From positions 189,406,248-189,438,828 of the forward strand of contig NC_068981.1 in NCBI RefSeq assembly GCF_001194135.2: DNA of 32,581 bases, written 5' to 3'. This stretch comes from Octopus bimaculoides (taxonomy: Eukaryota). Both the position numbers and the translations under genes were made by a program. The first letter of the stretch is position 1. Every line of letters starts with the position of its first letter. Positions 21,856 through 32,426 of the stretch are shown here, piece after piece. Under the pieces are notes generated by a model. That model did not search any database. It was not told where the DNA came from and was given only the letters and a program-made list of their open reading frames with translations.

Positions 21856-22842
21856 AGGAAAGCAAAGAATTCTTAGGATTTGCAAGATTTAATGAGATTT
21901 GTCACTGAGGTACTTTTTTTTATATTCTTCGCTCATGAAGAATAAAATTTGAGTGGGTATAACATTCTTTCTCTAATATAGGAAACCACAAGCCCTTATT
22001 GAAACTGAACTTTGATAAAATAAACTTGTATGTTCGTTTTCAAATAAATTTTAACAATGGTGAATGCAGATAAAGCTGAAATAATCTATTGTGTGCATGT
22101 CACTAAACTAAAACATTTTCGTTGAATTATGCCTCGAGAAAAAAACGTTACATCAAAATGGAATATATCTGAGTATGTACATATAACAAATAATGGAGCG
22201 TGATGAAATTGTTAACGTATGTTAATTATTGTGAATTAGTAATGGTATATTTTACCTAAAGGTGTCTTTTTGTCTTTTTATGATGTATAAAATTCATTGT
22301 TGATGGATGTCAACCTTAGTTTAGTTAACACAGAGTAACTTCAAAAAAATATAAATTGCTGCAATATTGAGATGGAAATCAAAAGCAGAATAAATGATAC
22401 TAAAGTAAAAATTTCAATAAAAAGTTCCAAGTTTTATTGATTTTATTGGAAATAAGCAAATAAAATTAGAATGAGTTAGCTGGAAAAAAAACAGAAAAAA
22501 GAATGTAAACCAAAACACTTATGAGATGAGGAAGATCGGAGGGAGGAACGAGGAAGTTAACAGTTAAAATAAATAACTGAAATTTGTTGCTCTCGGAAAA
22601 TAAAAGTTTATAGATATGCAATGGCTATCAGTGTGTAAGAGAGAGTTTATGGATTATAGTATATATGTTTTATAAGCATAATGCATGACGAGGAAATTTC
22701 TAAATTATATTGTTATGAATTAATTCTAGTTTTTAATTCTACAAAAATCTTTAATATTTTAAGCTGTTGATGTGCTTCATATGAGGTTGGAATGAAGTTG
22801 AGTATTTTTTTTTAATAATTTTTTTACTTTTATATCTTATCT

Positions 22843-23303
22843 TCTCTTTTACTTGTTTCAGTCATTAGACTGTGATCATGCTGGAGCATTGCCTTAAAGA
22901 ATTCTTAGTCGAATCAATTCACTCCTCCCCTGGAACTTATTTTTTTTAAAGCCTGGAACTTATAATATTGGTGTCTTTTGATGAACTGTGTGTGTAAGGA
23001 TGTAAACATACCAACACCTGTTGTCAAGTGGTGGTGGGGGACAAACTCGGACACAAACACACAAACACACAAACACCACATGCACACACACACACACACA
23101 CACACAGACACACACAAACACACACACACACACACACATATACAACGGGCTTTTTTCAGTTTCCATTTACCAAATCCACTCATAAGGCTTTGGTTGGCCC
23201 AAGACTATCATAGAAAAACTCTTTCCCAAAGTGCCATGCAGTGGGATGGAACCTTGAAGCATGTGGTTGGGAAACAAGCTTCTTACTACACAGTTATGCT
23301 TAC
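22843..23303 (-). mobile_element. Family A SINE with internal (CA)n
   Basis: Colinear with 12692-13108. Confidence 0.88.
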
Positions 23304-23617
23304 GTCTATTACATAAGTGAAATATAATAGAATACAGCATCATTCCATGGATAAGGAATCCAGTTCACAGTCACAACGTATTTCTGGGTTCAATTACAAA
23401 ACATGGGTCCCATAGGCAGGCAAGTCTTTTCTACTGAAGTTTTGGGTTGTGGCCTATGTGCTGTCAGTGGAATCAGAAAATGTAAGGAAACCTATCTTAT
23501 ATCATCATTACGAAGTTCCTGCAGTAAATCTACGGATAACAACAGGTAATTGAAACTGTGCCGGTGCTTTACTCATCATCCATTTATACGTTTTGTACAA
23601 TTTCTCCATTATATATC

Positions 23618-23649
<32 letters not shown>

Positions 23650-24025
23650 GGTTTTTAACTTTTAAATTTTCATATTCAAAAGAGACACAGACTTCAACTT
23701 CGATATATCGGTTTATTCACCACTCTATGTTAACATTTCTGTGCCAAACTTATCCAGNNNNNNNNNNNNNNNNNNNNNNNNNNNNNNNNNNNNNNNNNNN
23801 NNNNNNNNNNNNNNNNNNNNNNNNNNNNNNNNNNNNNNNNNNNNNNNNNNNNNNNNNNNNNNNNNNNNNNNNNNNNNNNNNNNNNNNNNNNNNNNNNNNN
23901 NNNNNNNNNNNNNNNNNNNNNNNNNNNNNNNNNNNNNNNNNNNNNNNNNNNNNNNNNNNNNNNNNNNNNNNNNNNNNNNNNNNNNNNNNTATATATATAT
24001 ATATATATAATATGTATACATATAT

Positions 24026-24354
24026 CATCATCATCATCGTCATCGTTTAACGTCCGCTTTCCATGCTAGCATGGGCTGGACGATTTGACTGAGGACTGGT
24101 GACTCAGATGGCTGCACCAGGCTCCAATCTGATCTAGCAGAGTTTCTACAGCTGGATGCCCTTCCTAATGCCAACCACTCCGAGAGTGTAGTGTGTGCTT
24201 TTATGTGCCACTGGCATGAGGGCCAGTCTGGCGGTACTGGCAACAGCAATGCTCAAAATGGTGTATTTTACATGCCACCTGCACAGGAGTCAGTCCAGCG
24301 GCACTGGCAACAACCTTGCTCGTATGTTTTGTTCATGTGCCACCGGCACAAGTG
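24026..24354 (-). mobile_element. Family B copy, left arm of a head-to-head pair
   Basis: (cat)n tail at 24026; follows the family sequence to ggcacaagtg at 24354. Confidence 0.92.
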
Positions 24355-25024
24355 AGACTATAACCCGTGGCCTTTACCAGCCCACTTATGCATACCTTTC
24401 CTTCTTTGGACACAAAATTCTGCTTGCGAAGACCTGTTGAGTCAAATTCAATTGAAATCGAATCAAATTTGACGACTGGCATCCATGCCAACCTTCCTTC
24501 ATTGGACACTAAACTCTGCTTGTGAAAACCTGTTCGGACAAGTGAAATCGAAATTGAATCAAATTCGATGACTGGCACCCATGCCAGTGGAGTGCTAACA
24601 GCACCATCCAAGCGAGATCACTATAAGAGCACCTGTCTGGCTTCCGTGCCGGTGGCACATAAATAGCACCATTTGAGCGAGATCATTACTAGCGTTGCCT
24701 TACTTGTGCTGCTGGCATGTGAACAAAACATTTGAGCAAGGTCGTTGCCAGTGTTACTGGACTGACACCTGTGCAGGTGGCATGTAAAAAACACTATTTG
24801 AGTGTGGCCGTTGCCAGTACTTCCTGACTGGCCCTCATGCCGGTGGCACGTAAAAGCACCCACTACACTCTCGGACTCTTTGGCGTTAGGAAGAGCATCC
24901 AGCTGTAGAAACTCTCCCAAATCAGATTGGAGCCTGGTGCAGCCATCTGGTTCGCCAGTCCTCAGTCAAATCGTCCAACCCATGCTAGCATGGAAAACAG
25001 ACGTTAAACAATGATGATGATGAT
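24350..25024 (+). mobile_element. Longest family B copy, right arm; probably the 3' UTR of an RTE-clade LINE
   Basis: Starts at aagtgagac, has a ~95 bp tandem duplication, then ~62-65 bp subunits, the conserved terminus and a (GAT)n tail. The RTE assignment comes from recall of octopus LINE 3' ends; no ORF is present here to confirm it. Confidence 0.8.
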
Positions 25025-25044
25025 ATATAATATATATATATATT

Positions 25045-25076
<32 letters not shown>

Positions 25077-26163
25077 NNNNNNNNNNNNNNNNNNNNNNNN
25101 NNNNNNNNNNNNNNNNNNNNNNNNNNNNNNNNNNNNNNNNNNNNNNNNNNNNNNNNNNNNNNNNNNNNNNNNNNNNNNNNNNNNNNNNNNNNNNNNNNNN
25201 NNNNNNNNNNNNNNNNNNNNNNNNNNNNNNNNNNNNNNNNNNNNNNNNNNNNNNNNNNNNNNNNNNNNNNNNNNNNNNNNNNNNNNNNNNNNNNNNNNNN
25301 NNNNNNNNNNNNNNNNNNNNNNNNNNNNNNNNNNNNNNNNNNNNNNNNNNNNNNNNNNNNNNNNNNNNNNNNNNNNNNNNNNNNNNNNNNNNNNNNNNNN
25401 NNNNNNNNNNNNNNNNNNNNNNNNNNNNNNNNNNNNNNNNNNNNNNNNNNNNNNNNNNNNNNNNNNNNNNNNNNNNNNNNNNNNNNNNNNNNNNNNNNNN
25501 NNNNNNNNNNNNNNNNNNNNNNNNNNNNNNNNNNNNNNNNNNNNNNNNNNNNNNNNNNNNNNNNNNNNNNNNNNNNNNNNNNNNNNNNNNNNNNNNNNNN
25601 NNNNNNNNNNNNNNNNNNNNNNNNNNNNNNNNNNNNNNNNNNNNNNNNNNNNNNNNNNNNNNNNNNNNNNNNNNNNNNNNNNNNNNNNNNNNNNNNNNNN
25701 NNNNNNNNNNNNNNNNNNNNNNNNNNNNNNNNNNNNNNNNNNNNNNNNNNNNNNNNNNNNNNNNNNNNNNNNNNNNNNNNNNNNNNNNNNNNNNNNNNNN
25801 NNNNNNNNNNNNNNNNNNNNNNNNNNNNNNNNNNNNNNNNNNNNNNNNNNNNNNNNNNNNNNNNNNNNNNNNNNNNNNNNNNNNNNNNNNNNNNNNNNNN
25901 NNNNNNNNNNNNNNNNNNNNNNNNNNNNNNNNNNNNNNNNNNNNNNNNNNNNNNNNNNNNNNNNNNNNNNNNNNNNNNNNNNNNNNNNNNNNNNNNNNNN
26001 NNNNNNNNNNNNNNNNNNNNNNNNNNNNNNNNNNNNNNNNNNNNNNNNNNNNTATATATAAGTACATATCTTATTTTGCATGTATATATTCTATTAATTT
26101 GCCTGTATGGCTGATAACTCGTTTGCCACACGTGATGGTATTTTAATAATCCATCCCTTCTTT

Positions 26164-26197
<34 letters not shown>

Positions 26198-26669
26198 TAT
26201 ATATACATATACATATATATGTGTGTGTGTGTATGATTAGACCAGTGGATACGTTTATATATATGTATATATATATTAATACTACCACTCTTAATAGTCT
26301 GGTTGAAATTTGTGCTTTTTATACGAATTGAGCAATGCATAGATATTTATTACTGAACGTTAATAAATTTAATTTTCAGATATGAAAGACAAGAAAGAAA
26401 GAGAATATGGATTTGCAACCGTTACTAGAAACCAGTTTTGAAATTGTAGAGCTTCATATAATTCCTGGTAGTTGCATGAATACTCTGGCTGTGAAGAATT
26501 AAATAAAATGTGAATGAAACCTATTATACTGACTAAAGCTTCCTTTACACACAAGTATTGTTTGTTAGAGTGAATATATTAAAGGAAATATTATGGAGAT
26601 TAGCTTCTGGGTTTTCAATGATTTAATTGTCTGTTAAAGAATAAGCATTGTAAATTTGGTAAAGGTTTG

Positions 26670-26830
26670 GGGGCAGGCATCATTGTGTGATACAGCAATT
26701 CAAATTCCAATTACGTTAGTTTTGGGTTCAGTTGCACTGCATGGAACCTCGGGCAAGAGTCTTCTACTATAGCTCTGGGCCAACCAGAGTGGATTTGGTA
26801 GAGGGAAACCTGCAAGAAGCCCATATATAT
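26670..26830 (+). mobile_element. Family A SINE head (degenerate)
   Basis: gggttcagttgcactgcatggaacctcgggcaagagtcttctactatagc...gatttggtagagggaaac..gaagccc. Confidence 0.7.
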
Positions 26831-26915
26831 ATTTGTGTAGTAAATAGATTTGGGCATTTTTAACCAGGATGAAATCTGTTGTATGGCCAGGTTTACTAAT
26901 ATATAAGGATGTGTG

Positions 26916-27292
26916 TTATTACCTCTGCCTTAGTGAAGGTGGGAGTATTGTTTTTCAGTTGTGTTCATTTGTTTGTTTGTCCATGGACAAGATATCTCAA
27001 GAACTGCTGGATGGATTTGGACGAAACTTTCAGGGATGTTTGGCCTCATAACTGATACAAACTGGTTAGATTTTGGGATCGATCTGGTACCGGACAAGGA
27101 TTCTGGATTATTTTTCCTGTTTTTTCTTTACTTAATTTTTGAGATCGATCAGGTTCATTTTTAGTATTCTCGTTTGTGAGAGCAGTCGAGTTCGTTTCAA
27201 ATATTCTCATTTTAAAAACCATCTCTGGCTAATCGTTGAGAGGATGTTGGTGTTGCCTTGGCAGAGGTTTGTGCTCTCTGAGTGCTCTTGTT
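26916..27292 (+). mobile_element. Non-autonomous Helentron/DINE-1-like (HINE) element
   Basis: Asymmetric subterminal inverted repeats acctctgcc (26921-26929) and ggcagaggt (27260-27268), a 5' hairpin cctt-agtg-aagg, a gtttgtttgtcc microsatellite, a 3' hairpin gtgctc-tct-gagtgc and the end tcttgtt. This is the layout described for DINE-1/HINEs. Confidence 0.7.
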
Positions 27293-27460
27293 AACTAATG
27301 CCTCTTTCATGCATAAGATTTCCTTAAATTTGAAACTTAAAATTCTATTGCAGTAGGAGTTTGGTACCAATATTATGTACCATTGAGGGAAGGAAACAGA
27401 AGGAGAGAGAAAAAAGTGTCTGGATTAATAGTTATGCATACACACACACTCACATTATTT

Positions 27461-27865
27461 TATTCTTTTACTTGTTTCAGTCATTTGACTGCGACCATGC
27501 TGGAGCACTGCCTTCAAGGATTTTAGTTGAAGAAATTGACTCCAGAACTTATTCTTTGTAAGCCCAGCACTCATTTTATCAGTCTCTTTTAATGAACTGC
27601 TAGTTCATGGGGATTTAAACACAGTAACATCGGTTGTCGAGCGATGGTGGGAGGGCAAACACAGACACAAAGACACACATACATAAATACAACCCCACAC
27701 ACATGCAATGGGTTTCTTTCTGTTTTTGCGTATCAAATCCACTCCAAGGCTTTGGTCGGCCCAAGGCTATAGTAGAAAACACTTGCCCAAGGCACCACAC
27801 AGTGGGACTGAACCTGTAACCATGTAATTGGGAACAAGCTTCTTATCACATAGCCATGCTGGCAC
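27461..27865 (-). mobile_element. Family A SINE, full length
   Basis: Colinear with 12692-13108. Confidence 0.88.
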
Positions 27866-27965
27866 CTTACCACAAGTTTTACTCAAATAAAAAAAAATCA
27901 TTAATAAAATAAAAATAAAATCTTAAAAAAAAAACAGGTTGATGAGAACCTGATAGATAGAATAT

Positions 27966-28134
27966 ATTCTTATTTACATTTGACGGATATTTGTCCTCAT
28001 TTTGTTTGTTGTTAACACAACGTTTCGGCTGATTATACCCTCCAGCCTTCATCAGGTGTTTTGGGGAAATTTCGAACCTGGGTTCTCATTCCTAAGGTAT
28101 TTGTTGTTGCTGTTGCTGCTGCTGCTGCTGCTGC

Positions 28135-28165
<31 letters not shown>

Positions 28166-28166
28166 G
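27966..28166 (-). mobile_element. Family G SINE copy 2; head lost in the N-gap; internal (CAA)/(CAG) microsatellite
   Basis: The reverse complement is nearly identical to 4864-5000. Confidence 0.85.
28014..28060 (-). ncRNA. Minimal type I hammerhead ribozyme with intact core
   Basis: On the reverse strand: aacac-CTGATGA-a-ggctg(gagggtataat)cagcc-GAAA-C-GTT-gtgtt. Canonical CUGAUGA/GAAA core, a loopless palindromic stem III (ACGU) and a GUU triplet. Confidence 0.72.
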
Positions 28167-28833
28167 NNNNNNNNNNNNNNNNNNNNNNNNNNNNNNNNNN
28201 NNNNNNNNNNNNNNNNNNNNNNNNNNNNNNNNNNNNNNNNNNNNNNNNNNNNNNNNNNNNNNNNNNNNNNNNNNNNNNNNNNNNNNNNNNNNNNNNNNNN
28301 NNNNNNNNNNNNNNNNNNNNNNNNNNNNNNNNNNNNNNNNNNNNNNNNNNNNNNNNNNNNNNNNNNNNNNNNNNNNNNNNNNNNNNNNNNNNNNNNNNNN
28401 NNNNNNNNNNNNNNNNNNNNNNNNNNNNNNNNNNNNNNNNNNNNNNNNNNNNNNNNNNNNNNNNNNNNNNNNNNNNNNNNNNNNNNNNNNNNNNNNNNNN
28501 NNNNNNNNNNNNNNNNNNNNNNNNNNNNNNNNNNNNNNNNNNNNNNNNNNNNNNNNNNNNNNNNNNNNNNNNNNNNNNNNNNNNNNNNNNNNNNNNNNNN
28601 NNNNNNNNNNNNNNNNNNNNNNNNNNNNNNNNNNNNNNNNNNNNNNNNNNNNNNNNNNNNNNNNNNNNNNNNNNNNNNNNNNNNNNNNNNNNNNNNNNNN
28701 NNNNNNNNNNNNNNNNNNNNNNNNNNNNNNNNNNNNNNNNNNNNNNNNNNNNNNNNNNNNNNNNNNNNNNNNNNNNNNNNNNNNNNNNNNNNNNNNNNNN
28801 NNNNNNNNNNNNNNNNNNNNNNNNNNNNNNNNN

Positions 28834-28986
28834 CTCTGAGTGGTTGGCGTTAGGAAGGGCATCCAGCTGTAGAAACTCTGCCAAATCAGATTGGCACCTG
28901 GTGTAGCCATCTGGTTTCACCAGTCCTCAGTCAAATCGCCCAACCCATGCTAGCATGGAAAGCGGATGTTAAACGATGATGATGAT
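28834..28986 (+). mobile_element. Family B 3' end
   Basis: gagtggttggcgttaggaaggg...catgctagcatggaaagcggatgttaaacgatgatgatgat, followed by (TA)n. Confidence 0.92.
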
Positions 28987-29005
28987 ATATATATATATAT
29001 ATATA

Positions 29006-29333
29006 CAGGTGCAGGAGTAACTGTGTGGTAAGTAGCTTACTTACCAACCACATGGTCCCGGGTTCAGTCCCACTACATAGCACCTTGGGCAAGTGTCTTC
29101 TACTATAGCCTCGGGCCAGCCAAAGCTTTGTGAGTGGATTTGGTACACAGAAACTGGTAGAAGCCCGCTGGTGTGTTTACGTCCCCATAACTTAGCAGTT
29201 CGGCAAAAGAGACTGATAGAATAAGTACTAAGCTTACAAAGAATAAGCTCTGGGGTCAATTTGCTCAATTAAAGGTGGTGCTCCAGCATGGCTGCAATGA
29301 AATGACTGAAACAAGTAAAAGAGTAAAAGAGTA
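29006..29333 (+). mobile_element. Family A SINE lacking the internal microsatellite segment
   Basis: The head joins the 3' half directly at gaagcccg|ctggtgtgtttacg (29167/29168). The tail is tgaaacaagtaaaagagtaaaagagta. Confidence 0.9.
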
Positions 29334-29532
29334 TATGTTTGTATATATATGTGAGTATATGTGTGTGGATCAGTGCATGTTTGGATCCATGTATGTGTGT
29401 GAATGGAAATGTGCAGTTTATGTAATGTTTCTCAAGCCTCTTTACATTTAAATGCTATATATAACTGCTATTTCTTTTCCGTTTTTATTATATTAAGTAG
29501 CAATAGAAGCTTACTCTTGCTGCTCTCTACAG

Positions 29533-29565
29533 GCAAGCATTTGCTTTTAGGCCTTCACTTGAAAT
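29533..29565 (+). other. Candidate 33-nt micro-exon (phase 2: QAFAFRPSLE; phase 1: KHLLLGLHLK)
   Basis: Acceptor cttactcttgctgctctctacAG and donor GTAAGT at 29566; the length preserves frame. Confidence 0.3.
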
Positions 29566-30271
29566 GTAAGTTAACTGCTGGATGTTGTTCATGAGGCTAA
29601 TATTGAGAAATAATAACTTTTGTTTGTTTGCAAGGAGTAAATAATTGAAATTTGATGTCATATAAATATTGACAACATAAAATATATACATATACATATA
29701 CATACACATATNNNNNNNNNNNNNNNNNNNNNNNNNNNNNNNNNNNNNNNNNNNNNNNNNNNNNNNNNNNNNNNNNNNNNNNNNNNNNNNNNNNNNNNNN
29801 NNNNNNNNNNNNNNNNNNNNNNNNNNNNNNNNNNNNNNNNNNNNNNNNNNNNNNNNNNNNNNNNNNNNNNNNNNNNNNNNNNNNNNNNNNNNNNNNNNNN
29901 NNNNNNNNNNNNNNNNNNNNNNNNNNNNNNNNNNNNNNNNNNNNNNNNNNNNNNNNNNNNNNNNNNNNNNNNNNNNNNNNNNNNNNNCATATATAAGAAT
30001 ATATAGTTATATATATGTATATAAACATATATGTGTATATATACACAGACAAATATATATATACTTTTATATGTGTATATATATGTATATATATATATAT
30101 ATATGTTTATACTAAAATATACTCTAACAGAAAATGGTATTTTAAAGTGGATTCTTGTCATCCAGTTTTACAGATAAAGCAAATTTTCTTAAAATCCTCT
30201 TTTATGTGAGTTTATCATTTGTGATGTTTAACATTTAAATGTTTTGGATTATTTTCATTATTTAAGATAAG

Positions 30272-30650
30272 ATGCAAGGTTGGCTGTGTGGTTAAGAAGC
30301 TTGCTTTGCAAGGTTCAATCCCACCGTGTGGCATACCTTGGGTAAATGTTTTCTACTGGAACTTCAAGCTGACCAATGCCTAGTTAGTGAATCTGTTAGA
30401 TAGAAACTATGTTGAAGCCAATTGTGTGTGTGTGTGTAAGTGTCTGTCTGTGTGTATGTTTTTACAATCAGTGTAGTTTGTTTATGTCCCCATAAGTTAG
30501 CAATTTGGTGAAAGAGACCAATAATAAAAGTACCACATTTAGGAAAAATAAGTCTTGCTGTCAGTTGGTTTTAGCAAATCCTTCAAAGCAGAGCCCCGGC
30601 ATGGTTGCTCTCCAATGAAACAAAACAAAAAAAAAAAAAAAGAACAAAAT
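30272..30650 (+). mobile_element. Family A SINE (degenerate) with internal (TG)n
   Basis: tggctgtgtggttaagaagcttgc..ggttcaatccc..accttgggtaa.., then the 3' half ..ccccggcatgg..aatgaaacaa. Confidence 0.8.
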
Positions 30651-30729
30651 ACAAAAAGAGCAACAAAATAGGCTGGCCCCAGGTGGGGTAACTGACCATG
30701 AATCACTGCTTCGAGTTATTATAGGATAC

Positions 30730-31260
30730 AAGTCAGCATGGAAAAGTGAATGTAAAAACAATGATGATGATGATGATGATGATTGTGATGGTGGTGGTGG
30801 TGGTGGTGGTGGTGATGATGATGGTGATGGTGGTGGTGGTGGAGGTGATGTTGATGATGATGAAACAAGGAAGATGATAATGATGATGATGATGCTGATA
30901 GTGCTGGTGACAGATTACAATCATGCTGCTGCTGCTGATGATGATGATGGTGATGATAATGATGATCATAGTGCTGATGACATTGATTACAAACATAATA
31001 CTGATGACGATGACGATGACATGAAGATGATGATGATGCTGATAGTGCTGACAACGATTACAATCATAATACTGATGATAATGATGATGATGATGACGAT
31101 GACGATGACGATGATGATGATGATGACAATGCTGAAGGATAGTGGCAATGATGATAATGACGACGACGATAATGATATCGATAACAATCACGGCAATGAC
31201 ATTGATGACAACAATGACGACGAGAACAATGAGGAAAAAAAAAGAAAATGATGGCAACTG
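30730..31260 (+). repeat. Family B-like terminus followed by ~500 bp of degenerate (GAT)-based array
   Basis: gtcagcatggaaaagtgaatgtaaaaacaatgatgat leads into the array. Confidence 0.8.
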
Positions 31261-31565
31261 CAATAATGAAAATGAATTTGGTGTCGAAAATGAAGATAAT
31301 AATCTGAACATGCGTTCCGTGCATCTACTTTAGACGTACACAACAGGCAAACACTTGTTCATGCATGGCAACTCAACTGGAAACAATTCCTGCACTGACA
31401 GTATCCTTCAAATCATCTCCAGAAGAAATAAATAAATGCCACTCACCCCGTCCATTTTATATATTTCATGTTGATTTTATAACAATGGAGAAATTGCTTC
31501 TGAGATGTGGTGGCCACATGACAGGCAGAAGATCCTATAGCTGTTAAATGCACTGCATATTTTCT

Positions 31566-31930
31566 TCATGTGTGCGTGTGTGTGTGCATGCGTGTGTGTG
31601 TGTGTGCGAATATGTGTGAATATGTGTGTTGTGTGTGTATTCTTGGGTTTGCTTGTGCGTGTATGTCTGTGTGTGCCCCTGTGATTGTGTGTGTATGCAT
31701 GTGTGCGTATTTGTGTGCATGTGTGTGCGAGCAGGCATGTGTGTGTGAGCATGTATGCGTGTATATGTGCATGCGAGTGTGTGTGTGTATGTGTATGTAC
31801 ATGTGTGTGTGTGCGTGTGTGTATGTGCATGTGTGTGTGCATGTGTGCATATGTATGTGCATGTGTGTAAGTGTATGCGTGTGTGAGTGTATGTGTGTGC
31901 GCGTGTGCATGTGTGTGTGTGTGTGTGTGC
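31566..31930. repeat. Degenerate (TG)n/(TGCA) dinucleotide array
   Basis: Directly visible. Confidence 0.95.
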
Positions 31931-32134
31931 AGTCTTAGCCCCTAATTTAAAATGAACATTATTCAGTGGTGCTATTGGTTGTTAAATTTTTTACCATGCA
32001 GATCTATGATCAAAAGCATTTCAGCCATGCCAACCCCATCGTTCTGCTCTAAGATATCCTTCCTTTTTTTTTTATCACCTTTCAGAATAGTAGCCTGTAA
32101 TTTAAAGAAACAATTAGTTTTGGGTTTACTCTCA

Positions 32135-32222
32135 TTGCATGACACCTTGAGCAAATGCCTTCTACTTTAGCCTCAGGCCAACCAAAGACTTGTGAGTGGA
32201 AACTGAATGAAGCCCATCGCAT
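32135..32222 (+). mobile_element. Family A SINE head fragment
   Basis: gacaccttgagcaaatgccttctactttagcctcaggccaaccaaagacttgtgagtggaaactgaatgaagccc. Confidence 0.7.
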
Positions 32223-32244
32223 ATATAATATATATTATGCGTCA

Positions 32245-32420
32245 TGATTGATCACTAGCCACTAGACCTTTTTTTATTTTCTCTCTCTGTTTATTTCTGT
32301 GTTCCTTTCTGTTGAAGAGCATAGGCTCGAAACGTAAAAGACTTTCTCACTTCCCGAGCATTAAACTAATACATCTGTTTATTATTTACACACCCTTCTT
32401 TGTCTCTTGTTTTTTTGTAG
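32245..32420 (+). mobile_element. Family F repeat copy 2, hammerhead-like fold at 32305-32340
   Basis: cttt-CTGTTGA-a-gagc(atag)gctc-GAAA-C-GTA-aaag. Homologous to the reverse of 9-190. Confidence 0.7.
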
Positions 32421-32426
32421 ATATAT

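Noticed and set aside
21609-22263. Shared tattttacctaaaggt motif at ~21612 and ~22248
   Set aside because: A single short AT-rich match with no extended similarity; compatible with chance.
26380-26554. Exon candidates on both strands around 26380-26490
   Set aside because: The acceptors are good, but there is no strong donor or open frame to a donor, and no recognisable peptide.
18560-29987. ORFs of 150-400 aa made mostly of X
   Set aside because: They run through N-gaps and carry no coding evidence.
9-32420. Family F copies in inverted orientation at both ends of the window, suggesting TIRs of a giant element
   Set aside because: The copies are only about 80% similar, no transposase or replication genes lie between them, and the family appears interspersed; coincidence is more likely.
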